Shown one piece after another: positions 42,094 through 53,319 of a stretch of 64,000 bases of DNA (its first letter is position 1; each line of letters starts with the position of its first letter). The translations under genes and the position numbers were made by a program. This stretch comes from an uncultured Clostridia bacterium (GTDB lineage: Bacteria > Bacillota > Clostridia > TANB77 > CAG-508), in assembly GCA_949045875.1 (NCBI GenBank), contig CARPYP010000002.1, forward strand, positions 36,063 through 100,062. The letters run 5' to 3'. Below the pieces are notes generated by a model that did no database searches, was not told the origin of the DNA, and saw only the letters and a list, made by a program, of their open reading frames with translations.

Positions 42094-43290
42094 TTATTTT
42101 TCAATTAGTCGTTCTGTTTCTTTGGCAATAACTAGCTCCTCATTAGTAGGAATTACATATACTTTAACTTTAGAATCAGAAGTCGAAATCATTTTTTCCT
42201 CTCCACGCATATCATTAGCATTTACATCTATATTAACCCCCATAAATGCTAATTGCTCACAAATAGATTTTCTAATATTTATTTGATTTTCTCCAACTCC
42301 ACCAGTAAATATAATATAATCAATTCCACCCATAGCAACTGCATATTTTGCAACATAACTTGCTATTGAATAAGTAAATTGTTTTATTGCAATTTGTGCT
42401 CTTTCATTATTTTCATCATATGATGCAAGCTCTATTTCTCTAAAGTCTGGAACCATTCCTGATACTGCTGTTAATCCAGATTTTTTATTTAACATATTAT
42501 CTGCTTCTTCTGGTGTCATATTTTCTTTTTTCATTATGAAAGTTACAACACATGGGTCTACATCACCTGAACGTGTAACCATTGGTAAACCAGCTACTGG
42601 AGTTAACCCCATTGATGTATCTATTGATTTTCCACCTTTAATAGCACATACACTAGATCCTTGACCTAAATGACATGTTACTATTTTTAAATCTTTAATG
42701 TCTTTATTTAAAATATCTCCAAGTCTATTAGAAACATACATGTGTGATGTGCCATGGAATCCATATTTACGTATTCCATATTTTTCATAATATTCATAAG
42801 GAATTGAGTATAAATACTTATCTTTAGAAATTGTTTGATGAAATGCAGTATCAAATACTCCTGCCATTGGTTTTCCTGGCATAACTTTTTTACATGCTTC
42901 AATTCCCATAATTCCTGCTGGATTATGAAGTGGTGCTAAGTCTGTACATTCTTTTAATAATTCTATAACATGGTCATCTATTATAGTAGATTCACTAATT
43001 TTTTCTCCACCATGTGCAAGTCTATGTCCTATAGCATTTATTTCGTCTAGGCTTTCTACTACTTTATATTCTGGATTTACTAATTGCTTTAAGGTAAAGT
43101 CTATTGCTTCAGTGTGATCCATAGCAGTATGCTCTATTGTTACTTTTTTTCCACATGCTTTGTGTGTAATAAATGCTTCTTTTTCTCCTATTCTTTCATA
43201 TTTTCCTGAGGCTATTACCTCATCTGTTTCCATATCAATTAATTGATATTTTAATGATGAACTTCCACAGTTTAGTACTAAAATTTTCAT
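42094..43290 (-). CDS. ackA: Acetate kinase
   Basis: MKILVLNCGSSSLKYQL. Confidence 0.95.
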   Translation of the reverse strand: MKILVLNCGSSSLKYQLIDMETDEVIASGKYERIGEKEAFITHKACGKKVTIEHTAMDHTEAIDFTLKQLVNPEYKVVESLDEINAIGHRLAHGGEKISESTIIDDHVIELLKECTDLAPLHNPAGIMGIEACKKVMPGKPMAGVFDTAFHQTISKDKYLYSIPYEYYEKYGIRKYGFHGTSHMYVSNRLGDILNKDIKDLKIVTCHLGQGSSVCAIKGGKSIDTSMGLTPVAGLPMVTRSGDVDPCVVTFIMKKENMTPEEADNMLNKKSGLTAVSGMVPDFREIELASYDENNERAQIAIKQFTYSIASYVAKYAVAMGGIDYIIFTGGVGENQINIRKSICEQLAFMGVNIDVNANDMRGEEKMISTSDSKVKVYVIPTNEELVIAKETERLIEK

Positions 43291-43371
43291 TTTCTTTTCT
43301 TTCCTTTCCTTATAAATTTGAAATTATTCCACAAACCATTGCAATAATAAACATTACAATAGGAATTGCCA

Positions 43372-43698
43372 CTAACAAATATTTTGCTTTCTTTCTATTA
43401 TTAGCACTTTTTTTAACATAAGAAAAAAATTATCTTTATAATCGTCAGTATCTTCTGTTGAATTGCTATCATTTGTATATTCAGCTAATAAACTTTTTGA
43501 TAATTCTACATAATCTGTTGGAACATATATAGACATCCAGTCTAAATATTTAGGAGTTCTAATACCTTCCCATTTACTTTCATGCTTTAATTTAAAAGGG
43601 ACATTGCTTTGATTAAGTTTTTGTCTAACTAATTTGAAAATTTCTTCATTTTCTTTGTTAAAGACTAGTACTCTAATATAATTTGTCATTATTATCAC
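43372..43698 (-). CDS. Small hypothetical protein between pta and ackA
   Basis: ORF only. Confidence 0.4.
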   Translation of the reverse strand: MIIMTNYIRVLVFNKENEEIFKLVRQKLNQSNVPFKLKHESKWEGIRTPKYLDWMSIYVPTDYVELSKSLLAEYTNDSNSTEDTDDYKDNFFLMLKKVLIIERKQNIC

Positions 43699-43705
43699 CT
43701 ATTAA

Positions 43706-44719
<1,014 letters not shown>

Positions 44720-44910
44720 TTACAATATTTATAATGTAAATATTATATAGCAAAAATAATAAAATGACAAGTACTTTTATCTTGAAAAATATAATTTATT
44801 ACTATATTGTTGCAGTCCTCAAATTAAAACTAATTTGAGGACTGCAATTTAAATACATAGATATAATAATGACTTTTCATATACTTAAAAAATTAGAACA
44901 AGAAATTAAA

Positions 44911-45378
44911 TTAAATTATTGGAAAATTTGAGCTAGGTCTCATTGGTGGTCTTATAGTTCTTCTCCTCAATAATTCTTTTATAATTAAAATTCTTATTAA
45001 ATCTCTCAATAAAAAATTGTGTTGTCTAGGTTCTTCTACTTTTTTTATATTTTGTGAATTATTTGTTCTAATCTCACTGCTACTTTTTTTGACATCTCTA
45101 ACTTCTTTTGTTTCTTCTGTCATTGCATTATATATTTCGTCTGTCATACTACATAACATTTCTTCATTTATTACTCCTGTTACCCTCATACATGCTTTTT
45201 GTACCATTGGTTGTATCATTCTGTATATATCTGGATATAAATTTTCTAAATCTATATTTTCATAGTTACTACCTCTTTGCATTTCATATATATTTTCTGG
45301 CATTTGATATGTATTTTGAGGTCTTATATTATAACCTAATACATTTTGCATATATTCTTCATAATTTGAATTATACAT
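44911..45378 (-). CDS. Hypothetical protein (Y/Q/N-rich N-terminus, basic C-terminus)
   Basis: ORF only. Confidence 0.4.
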   Translation of the reverse strand: MYNSNYEEYMQNVLGYNIRPQNTYQMPENIYEMQRGSNYENIDLENLYPDIYRMIQPMVQKACMRVTGVINEEMLCSMTDEIYNAMTEETKEVRDVKKSSSEIRTNNSQNIKKVEEPRQHNFLLRDLIRILIIKELLRRRTIRPPMRPSSNFPII

Positions 45379-45565
45379 AAAACTATCCTCCCTAATTTAT
45401 TCTCGTAATATTTTATTCTTCATAGTTATATTTAGTGCATATTATATTCAATTTTATATATTCTTCATTATTTTTTATACAAATTAGGAAATAATACAAA
45501 ACTTTTAGAAACTTAAATTAGCAAAAGAAAAAGTGGCTAAACTAATTTTCTTGTTTTCAAAAATT

Positions 45566-46717
45566 TTACCCGATTTTTCTATTGTATCTTGATATTATAT
45601 TAGTAGCAATTATAAACACCATCATAAAAATTAAAATAATTCCCATGTTTTTTAATATTGGTATTATTGTTTCAAAATTTACTATTTCTAGTTTTGCTAT
45701 CATCTCATTACTGCTTATATAATAGTATGATGGCAATATGTGTGCAATTTTTATTACAGTGTCTGGTAACCATTCTAAAGGTACAAATGAACCACATAAG
45801 AAACTTGAACCTAATGCTACAACATTTACAATTCCATTTATTGCATTTTTGTTACTTACTAGGTTTCCTATTAAAAACGCTATTGTTACAGCACAAATGG
45901 TAAATATAAATGAGTTTAAAATATATATTAGTCCATGTGTAGTAAACATTATATCTCCAACTAATATAAAACTTAAAATTACATAAAATATCCATAATAT
46001 AATGGCAAATAGACTGTTTGATACAAGTAGTTCAAAATTATGTTTTTTATAATTCATACTACTTATAATCGTTCTTTTAGATATTTTTTCTTCTTTAAAA
46101 CTAGATAGTATTAGACAAATTACATATACACAACCTGCTAATATACTATAATTTGCGAAATTAAAGAAGAATGAGGCTTTAGTTAGATTATCTGTGTCTA
46201 ACTTAGATGTAATCTCTATTTCTGTTTGTTTTGATAATGTTTCATTTATTTTATTTATTAGTTCTTCTTCATTTTCTATATTTCCCTCATATATATTTGC
46301 GATTTTTATGTATCTTTCTAACATCATTTCTGCAAGACTTGCTTGATAATCTCCGGTACTTTTTATTTCAATTTCAGGATTTTCTCCTTTTAAAAATTCT
46401 TCTCTATAATTTTCTGGTATATATATAATATAATTTACATCTCTATAAAATAATGCATCATTAATTGCTTCTTCATTAGACTCTATATCTTTTATATTGC
46501 TATTTTCCTTTATATAATCTATTAGGTTTTTAGTTATTCCTTCTTCTTTATCTTTATTTATAATTAAAATATCTGGTTTACTTGCTACAAAACTTGTACT
46601 ATTTTCACTTGTCTGAATATTAAATGCACCAAAGAAAACTAAAATTACTGTATATAAAATAATAGGCAATTTACTTTTATTTAATACTTTTAAAAATGTT
46701 TTAAATACTGTCATATT
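45566..46717 (-). CDS. ABC-2 type transporter permease
   Basis: N-terminal TM, large extracytoplasmic loop, C-terminal TM bundle. Start at MTVFK. Confidence 0.7.
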   Translation of the reverse strand, partial: NMTVFKTFLKVLNKSKLPIILYTVILVFFGAFNIQTSENSTSFVASKPDILIINKDKEEGITKNLIDYIKENSNIKDIESNEEAINDALFYRDVNYIIYIPENYREEFLKGENPEIEIKSTGDYQASLAEMMLERYIKIANIYEGNIENEEELINKINETLSKQTEIEITSKLDTDNLTKASFFFNFANYSILAGCVYVICLILSSFKEEKISKRTIISSMNYKKHNFELLVSNSLFAIILWIFYVILSFILVGDIMFTTHGLIYILNSFIFTICAVTIAFLIGNLVSNKNAINGIVNVVALGSSFLCGSFVPLEWLPDTVIKIAHILPSYYYISSNEMIAKLEIVNFETIIPILKNMGIILIFMMVFIIATNIISRYNRKIG

Positions 46718-46744
46718 TTTTTCCTTTCTTTTTATTAATAATTT

Positions 46745-46850
46745 GGAAAATTTTAGTATATTGCTAGGCACACAAATTAAAAATCTATGAGACATACTAG
46801 TGTACGTTGATTAGATTTTTAATGAAGTGTAACGAAGCAAGATGGCTATA
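46745..46850. repeat. Copy of the intergenic hairpin repeat family
   Basis: TGCTAGGCACACAAATT...ACTAGTGTACGTTGATTAGATTTTTAATGAAG similarity to copies at 6055, 59112, 61240. Confidence 0.6.
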
Positions 46851-48036
46851 AGTTTTCAAATTTCTGCCTCCTTAAACTTGTGTAAGAGATCAATATCATT
46901 ATTATAGAAAATATTAGTAAACTTATTATATTAAAGTAATATCTATCTAAGGTATCATAATAGTATAGTGAATAAAATCCATCTGTTATCATACTAGCAG
47001 GATTTATTTTATTGATAATTGGTGCATTTGTATCTATAATATATTTCATTGTAATTCCCATCATTCCAGATAGAAAACAGCCTAACATTGTAACTGCTAT
47101 AACAATTCCTGTTTTTACATTTTCATTTGTCTTAAGTATTGTTCCAATGGCTAAGCCCATTGATAGTCCAGCTAAACTTCCTACTATTCCTAATAAAATT
47201 ATTAATGGTAAATTAGTTCCATAATCTACTTTTAATACAAATATTGTATAAATGAATAATAATGTTAATCCCACTAATTGTGTTATATAACTTGCTAAAA
47301 TACTGCTAAAAATTACTTTTCCTTTTGTAGTAGGTGCCACCGATACTCTTTTCCCATTACTACTCATATTTGCTAAATTTTTATTAATAGCAACCATTCC
47401 AAGTATTCCACCATATAAACAAGCCATTGCGATTAATGTATAAAATTCTATCATTGTGTAACTTAAATTGTTATTTGATATATTGGTTATTCTTACCTCT
47501 TGATTTTGTGTTTTTTCTAATACATTTTCATATATTTTTTTATAATCCAAATTGTACAAATTATAGTTTCCTGAACTCAGTTCCTTGTTTATCTCTTTAT
47601 CCATTAAACTTTCTACTATTTGTCCATTAGTAGTAATTTCTTCTACTACATATTTTAAAATTGTTTCATTTATTCCACTTGTAGTAACTACTACTTTGGG
47701 AGTATCTTCTTCTAATATCATATATCCTGTTATCTCATTTTTTTCTAATAGCTGTTTTGCTTCTTCTTCTGTAACATATCTTGTATTAAATAATCTATCT
47801 GCATTTCCTTCATCACTTAATGTTTTTAATGCTTCTTTATATAACTCATTATTTTGAAATTCATCATTATCTACTATTGCTATATCTATTATTTCTAATT
47901 TTTCACTATTTTCAATATTGGAAAACGCCATATTGAAAAATGTTCCTAATATAATTGGAAAGGCAAAGGTCCAAAATATTAGCATTTTATCCCTAAAGAG
48001 AGTTTTTAAGGCATATTTAAAATTATGTATAAACAT
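46846..48036 (-). CDS. ABC-2 type transporter permease
   Basis: Same architecture as 45566-46717. Confidence 0.7.
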   Translation of the reverse strand: MFIHNFKYALKTLFRDKMLIFWTFAFPIILGTFFNMAFSNIENSEKLEIIDIAIVDNDEFQNNELYKEALKTLSDEGNADRLFNTRYVTEEEAKQLLEKNEITGYMILEEDTPKVVVTTSGINETILKYVVEEITTNGQIVESLMDKEINKELSSGNYNLYNLDYKKIYENVLEKTQNQEVRITNISNNNLSYTMIEFYTLIAMACLYGGILGMVAINKNLANMSSNGKRVSVAPTTKGKVIFSSILASYITQLVGLTLLFIYTIFVLKVDYGTNLPLIILLGIVGSLAGLSMGLAIGTILKTNENVKTGIVIAVTMLGCFLSGMMGITMKYIIDTNAPIINKINPASMITDGFYSLYYYDTLDRYYFNIISLLIFSIIMILISYTSLRRQKFENL

Positions 48037-48975
48037 TAGTCTCTAAGTTCCTTCCCTGTCAATTCTAAGAATACATCATTAAGTGTTGGTCTTTCTGAAT
48101 AAATTTTATTATATCTAATACTCTCTTTCTTTAGATAATCAATTAGCTCTACTAAGTTGTTTTTGCCTTTTTTATATGTAACAAGTAATATATTTCCATT
48201 ATATGTTACTTCATCTACATTCTCTAATTTTCTTATTGCTTCTAAATATTGGGGACTAAGACCATTAACTTCTACTGTTACTTTTTCTTCTATTTTCGCA
48301 AGTTCTTTTAATTCATCTGTTGTTCCTGTTGCTAATACCTTTCCCTTATCTAAGATTATTATCCTATCACAGATAATTTCAACTTCTTCCATGTAATGTG
48401 TTGTATAAACTATAGTTGCACCACCATCTCTTAATTTTTGAATTCCATTTAATATATTATTTCTACTTTGTGGATCTACTGCAACTGTTGGTTCATCTAA
48501 GAATATTAATTTAGGTTTATGTGCTATTCCACAAGCTATATTTAGTCTTCTTAAAAGTCCTCCTGATAATTGTTTTGGATGATACTTCTTAAATTCTTCT
48601 AATCCTACTAAGTCTATTGCCTCTTCTATATATTGCTTTCTTTTTTCTTTATCTTTTATATATAATCCACAAAAATAATCTATATTTTCATATACTGTAA
48701 GTTCTTCAAATACTGCTACATCTTGAAATACCACTCCTAATTTTGCTTTTATATCATAAGCATCTGGACTCATTTCTTTTCCGAATATTTTTATACTTCC
48801 TTCACTAAAATTTAATAGTGATAAAATACAATTTATTGTTGTTGATTTACCACTTCCATTTGGTCCGTAGTAATCCTAATATTTCTCCTTCATTTACTTC
48901 AAATGATAGACTATCTATTGCTTTTACTCCTTTGTATTGTTTTGTTAAATTATTAATTTCTATTATTTTGTTCAT
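48036..48975 (-). pseudogene. ABC transporter ATP-binding protein interrupted by a +1 frameshift inside the Walker A motif (near 48864-48866)
   Basis: N-terminal piece MNKIIEINNLTKQYKGVKAIDSLSFEVNEGEILGLL. Removing one C restores GPNGSGKSTTIN...MSPD continuous with ORF 48036-48773. Confidence 0.8.
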
Positions 48976-49128
48976 TATTTTCTCCCTTCTAAAAGCATAA
49001 AAACTCTTGTGTAAGCATTTTACTCATTCATTTGCTAATATTTCTCAAGTTTTTGTTGCTATCATTGTTGCAATAACATTTTTGTATCTTCTTTACATTA
49101 AATTCTTATTTTTAACAACTTTCGTTAA

Positions 49129-49157
49129 ATTATAATCCTTTTTATACCATATGTCAA
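49129..49157 (-). promoter_or_regulatory. Consensus sigma-A promoter (TTGACA-17-TATAAT) driving the ABC transporter operon
   Basis: Minus-strand TTGACAtatggtataaaaaggatTATAAT. Confidence 0.6.
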
Positions 49158-49322
49158 TAATTGTTCCTTTTTGGCTTCTGTCTGTTATTATATCAATCTT
49201 ATATGCTAATTCATACTCTTAAAAAACTTTTCATATCCCATTATTTTTCACTTCTTTTATTAATGGTTCTATTTTGTTTCAATTTTTTCTTCTAAAAAAC
49301 ATAAGTGACATTTATATTACTT

Positions 49323-49355
49323 AAGGCTGTTAACACCAATTGTGTTAACAGCCTT
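49323..49355. promoter_or_regulatory. Perfect 14-bp inverted repeat AAGGCTGTTAACAC-caatt-GTGTTAACAGCCTT. Terminator or operator
   Basis: Direct reading. Sits between spoIIM's 3-prime end and the ABC promoter. Confidence 0.6.
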
Positions 49356-49496
49356 CTACCTTTTAATACTTTCTTCCCATTATACATTTTTAGCAATAGT
49401 ATAAAGATTTTGGCGCTTAACATTTTTTTCAACAAACATTTGTAAATATTATTTTATTTGTTATTGAAAATCTACTTTCTTTTGTTATACTCTATG

Positions 49497-50138
49497 TTAT
49501 GTAAATATAATTTTAAATATATTTGTTGATGCATAAGTCTCAATTATAGCTGAAATTATATTTACAACTCCAATAAATATTGCTATTATTGTATATCTTA
49601 TAATCTCAATCTTTATATTTTCTCTCCTTCTATCTTTCATTATTGCTTTATATAATTTTATTCCACTAACTGCTAATATCAATACACTTGGAATTATAAT
49701 AATATTTTGTAATAACATTGTTGAAAGTGCAAACTTTAAACCTTGTGTAACCCCTAAAGTAGCTATAATTGATGAGACAGTATAACCCATGCAAAATCCT
49801 TTAATAGATACTATTAAATATACTATTGGCATTCCAATTACAGTTAAACCTGAAATCCATAATAATATTGTAATTAATAAATTATTACATATTGATGTTT
49901 TTAATAATTTATTAGAATCAATATTACTACCATTTTGTATATCTCCTATAAAATCATTAACATAACTAGATATTTCCTGTTTTTGAGTGAAATCGGTCTT
50001 ATTTATATACATTGTTCCTAATATAATACCAATAAAAAATATAATAATCATTACAATATATTCCATAATATTGTTATTTATATGATTTATAATAGCTTCA
50101 CTTATTAAACTTCTTTTATATATTCTTTTGTTAATCAT
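49497..50138 (-). CDS. spoIIM: Stage II sporulation protein M
   Basis: 213 aa polytopic membrane protein with SpoIIM-like topology. Confidence 0.6.
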   Translation of the reverse strand: MINKRIYKRSLISEAIINHINNNIMEYIVMIIIFFIGIILGTMYINKTDFTQKQEISSYVNDFIGDIQNGSNIDSNKLLKTSICNNLLITILLWISGLTVIGMPIVYLIVSIKGFCMGYTVSSIIATLGVTQGLKFALSTMLLQNIIIIPSVLILAVSGIKLYKAIMKDRRRENIKIEIIRYTIIAIFIGVVNIISAIIETYASTNIFKIIFT

Positions 50139-50326
50139 ATATAACTACATCCTTTCACATTTTATATCATAAGACATGTTTATGTAGTATCAATATATTT
50201 TATGATTACATATTTTATTGTTATAAAATTTATTTAATTTGTATAATTTCAAGAAAGTTGTTTTGCAACCTTTTCTTTTGCCAATTTAAATTTCCGAATG
50301 TAAATGAGGAAATCTTACATTATAAT

Positions 50327-51568
50327 CTACAATAAAATTTTTTCCTTTTGTTTAATTTGTGAAAATTGTAGTATTTCTAATCCTTTTTTTACATATTTAC
50401 TTTTCATCATGTATTCCCATATTGTACCATTTAAGTAGTTTTCTATCATTACTAATTCTATTCCTTTGTCAATTCCTATATATTCTTTTGCAAACCATGG
50501 TTTTTCTTTTTCTAAGTTGTATCCATCTTTAAAGCCATAATTTCCCCATAGTTTAGGAAATGTATTATAATAGTATTCCATTGCTCTTATACTCTCTTCT
50601 GGTGTAAATGCTATTGAACCTATTGCTCCACAAGGTGTTATTGTTCCATCATTTTCTACTTCTAGATTTGTATCACATGGCTTTGAACCAAAACTACAAT
50701 ATCCGTTTGGTCCAAGGCAGGCTGTTAATCCCCATGAATTTTCTCCATATGTTTTAAATTTTTCTTTATTATCTATACAATATTGCCTATTAGCTTTTGT
50801 AGCTTTTATTGAATTTTCAAACCAATTTATAGATTCTTTGTCTATTATGTTTCTAAAGTCTATCCATGCATGTGAAAATTGATATGTAAATAATGTTCCA
50901 CAATATGTATATATTATATCTTCTATATTTTTGTAGTTTTTTCGCTTCTTTTTAAAGTCATCATACATGTTTTTATTTATTGGAAACACTGGAGAACTGA
51001 CTCCTAAAACATATAACATTAATTGTTCTGCATACATATCCCAGTGTCCCCAAAACCCTTCTTCTGGTGTATATCCCATATAAAAATAATTTGTCTCTTT
51101 ATTTCTATACCATTCCCAGTTTACTCTTTTATATAAAATCTCTGCTTTTTCCTTTACTTCTTTTCCAAAGTATTCTCCTGTAGTTATTGCTCCGCATATA
51201 AAAATAGCTGTATCTATTATAGAAATTTCGCAATTCCATTCCCTTTTTCCTGTATCCATATTTACAAAATGATAATAGAATCCATTTTTTCCTTCTACAT
51301 TATTTATAAAAGTATCTAAAGTTCTATTTGCTCTATCATATGCTTTTTCATATTCAATCCATTTATGCTCTACTCCAACTATTAATGCCGCTAATCCATA
51401 TCCTACTGAAGCAATACTTGCTACATGATTTGCATATATTGTTTTATCTCTTGTTAATCCGTATCCACGACTTTCTTTATTAGTATTAGTTTCATTAATA
51501 AAAAAATTAAAGCTTTTTTTAAGTTCTTTTAATATAAGCTTTTTTCCATAGCATTTAATAAATCTCAT
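50327..51568 (-). CDS. Glycoside-hydrolase-like protein (alpha/alpha barrel, glucoamylase or DUF3131 / GH144-like)
   Basis: 413 aa. Weak family-level resemblance only. Confidence 0.35.
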   Translation of the reverse strand: MRFIKCYGKKLILKELKKSFNFFINETNTNKESRGYGLTRDKTIYANHVASIASVGYGLAALIVGVEHKWIEYEKAYDRANRTLDTFINNVEGKNGFYYHFVNMDTGKREWNCEISIIDTAIFICGAITTGEYFGKEVKEKAEILYKRVNWEWYRNKETNYFYMGYTPEEGFWGHWDMYAEQLMLYVLGVSSPVFPINKNMYDDFKKKRKNYKNIEDIIYTYCGTLFTYQFSHAWIDFRNIIDKESINWFENSIKATKANRQYCIDNKEKFKTYGENSWGLTACLGPNGYCSFGSKPCDTNLEVENDGTITPCGAIGSIAFTPEESIRAMEYYYNTFPKLWGNYGFKDGYNLEKEKPWFAKEYIGIDKGIELVMIENYLNGTIWEYMMKSKYVKKGLEILQFSQIKQKEKILL

Positions 51569-51738
51569 ATATACAACACCTACTTACCAATATTATATAA
51601 TAATAGTATAGATGTAATCAATGTTAGTTTCTGGAAATTATTTTTATTCTTTTGTAATATTTTTCATTTTCGACTAATATACATTAACAAATGAAGTTTA
51701 TAGTACAAACATTTTGTATATAGTTTATGGAGGTTAAT

Positions 51739-53217
51739 ATGGAAAATTCAAATTTATATCAGGATATACAATCTAGAACTGATGGAGATATTTATGTAGG
51801 TGTTGTAGGTCCCGTTAGAACTGGTAAATCAACTTTTATAAAGCGTTTTATGGATTTATTAGTTATTCCAAATATTGAAAATGAATATAAAAAAGAAAGG
51901 GCTAAAGATGAATTACCTCAAAGCGCTGGTGGTAGAACTATTATGACTACAGAGCCAAAGTTCGTTCCTAATGAAGCTGTTCAAATTAATCTTGGTGATA
52001 ATTTGAAATTTAAAGCTAGACTTGTTGATTGCGTTGGCTATCTTGTAAATAATGCTATTGGCTATTTAGAAGATGATGTTCCTAGAATGGTAAAAACTCC
52101 TTGGTCTGATGAAGAAATCCCTTTTGAAAGAGCAGCAGAAATAGGAACCAAAAAAGTTATTGATGAGCATTCTACTATTGGAATTTTAATTACTACTGAT
52201 GGAAGCTTTTCTGATATTCCTAGAGAAGATTACATAGAAGCAGAGGAACGTGTAGTAAATGAATTAAAAGCATTAAATAAACCTTTTGTAATAGTATTAA
52301 ATAGCTCTGAACCTTCTTCTGAGTATACTAATCAACTTGCAAATAAACTTGAGGAAAAATATGGTGTTTCTGTATTACCTCTTAACTGTTCAGAATTAGA
52401 TATTGAAGATATTAATAACATGTTTAGTAAAATTCTTTATGAATTCCCTATTGAACAAATTAATTTAAGTCTTCCTAAATGGGTTAATACTCTTGATGAT
52501 TCACACTGGTTGAAACAGTCTCTTTATTCTGATATCAAAAGCTCTTTCAGTAATATACGTGTACTCAAAGAAGTAAAACCATGTGTTGATAACATAAGTT
52601 CTACTGATATAATTAATAATAGTGTTTTACAAGAGATTAATCTTGGTAATGGTAATATAAATATTTCTATTGAATTAAAAGATAATTTATTCTATCAAAT
52701 TTTAAGTGATATGACAGGTGTATCTATATCTGATGAAGGTGATTTATTCTCTGTGCTTACTTCTTTTGCCCAAACCAAAAAAGAATATGACAAAATATCT
52801 TATGCTTTAGAATCTGCAAAAGCTACAGGATATGGTATTGTAACACCTGGAATGGAGGATTTAATTTTAGATGAGCCAGAAATGGTAAAACAGGGTTCTA
52901 AATTTGGTGTAAAATTAAAAGCTACTGCTCCAAGTCTTCATATTGTAAAAGCTAATATAGAAACTGAAGTTTCTCCTATTGTAGGTTCAGAAAAACAATC
53001 AGAAGAGTTAGTTAATTACCTACTTTCAGAATTTGAAAGTGATCCTCAAAAAATTTGGGAATCTAATATCTTCGGAAAAAATTTACATGAGCTTGTTAAT
53101 GAAGGATTACAAAATAAATTGTCTCGTATGCCTGAAGATGCCCAAGGAAAATTGCAAGAAACTTTAGAACGTATTGTAAATGAAGGTAGTGGTGGATTAA
53201 TCTGCATAATTTTATAG
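51739..53217 (+). CDS. spoIVA: Stage IV sporulation protein A (spore coat morphogenetic ATPase)
   Basis: GDIYVGVVGPVRTGKSTFIKRFMDLLVIPNI Walker A region typical of SpoIVA. Confidence 0.9.
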   Translation: MENSNLYQDIQSRTDGDIYVGVVGPVRTGKSTFIKRFMDLLVIPNIENEYKKERAKDELPQSAGGRTIMTTEPKFVPNEAVQINLGDNLKFKARLVDCVGYLVNNAIGYLEDDVPRMVKTPWSDEEIPFERAAEIGTKKVIDEHSTIGILITTDGSFSDIPREDYIEAEERVVNELKALNKPFVIVLNSSEPSSEYTNQLANKLEEKYGVSVLPLNCSELDIEDINNMFSKILYEFPIEQINLSLPKWVNTLDDSHWLKQSLYSDIKSSFSNIRVLKEVKPCVDNISSTDIINNSVLQEINLGNGNINISIELKDNLFYQILSDMTGVSISDEGDLFSVLTSFAQTKKEYDKISYALESAKATGYGIVTPGMEDLILDEPEMVKQGSKFGVKLKATAPSLHIVKANIETEVSPIVGSEKQSEELVNYLLSEFESDPQKIWESNIFGKNLHELVNEGLQNKLSRMPEDAQGKLQETLERIVNEGSGGLICIIL

Positions 53218-53237
53218 AACTTATATATAGAATTAAT

Positions 53238-53270
53238 TTGAGCACATATCACTGTGCTCAAATTTCTTTT
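53238..53270. terminator. Rho-independent terminator after spoIVA, between convergent genes
   Basis: GAGCACA-tatcac-TGTGCTC followed by a T-rich run. Confidence 0.7.
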
Positions 53271-53319
53271 AGCATAAAATATTAAGACTTATTTACACCT
53301 ATCTACCTTTAATTTCACC

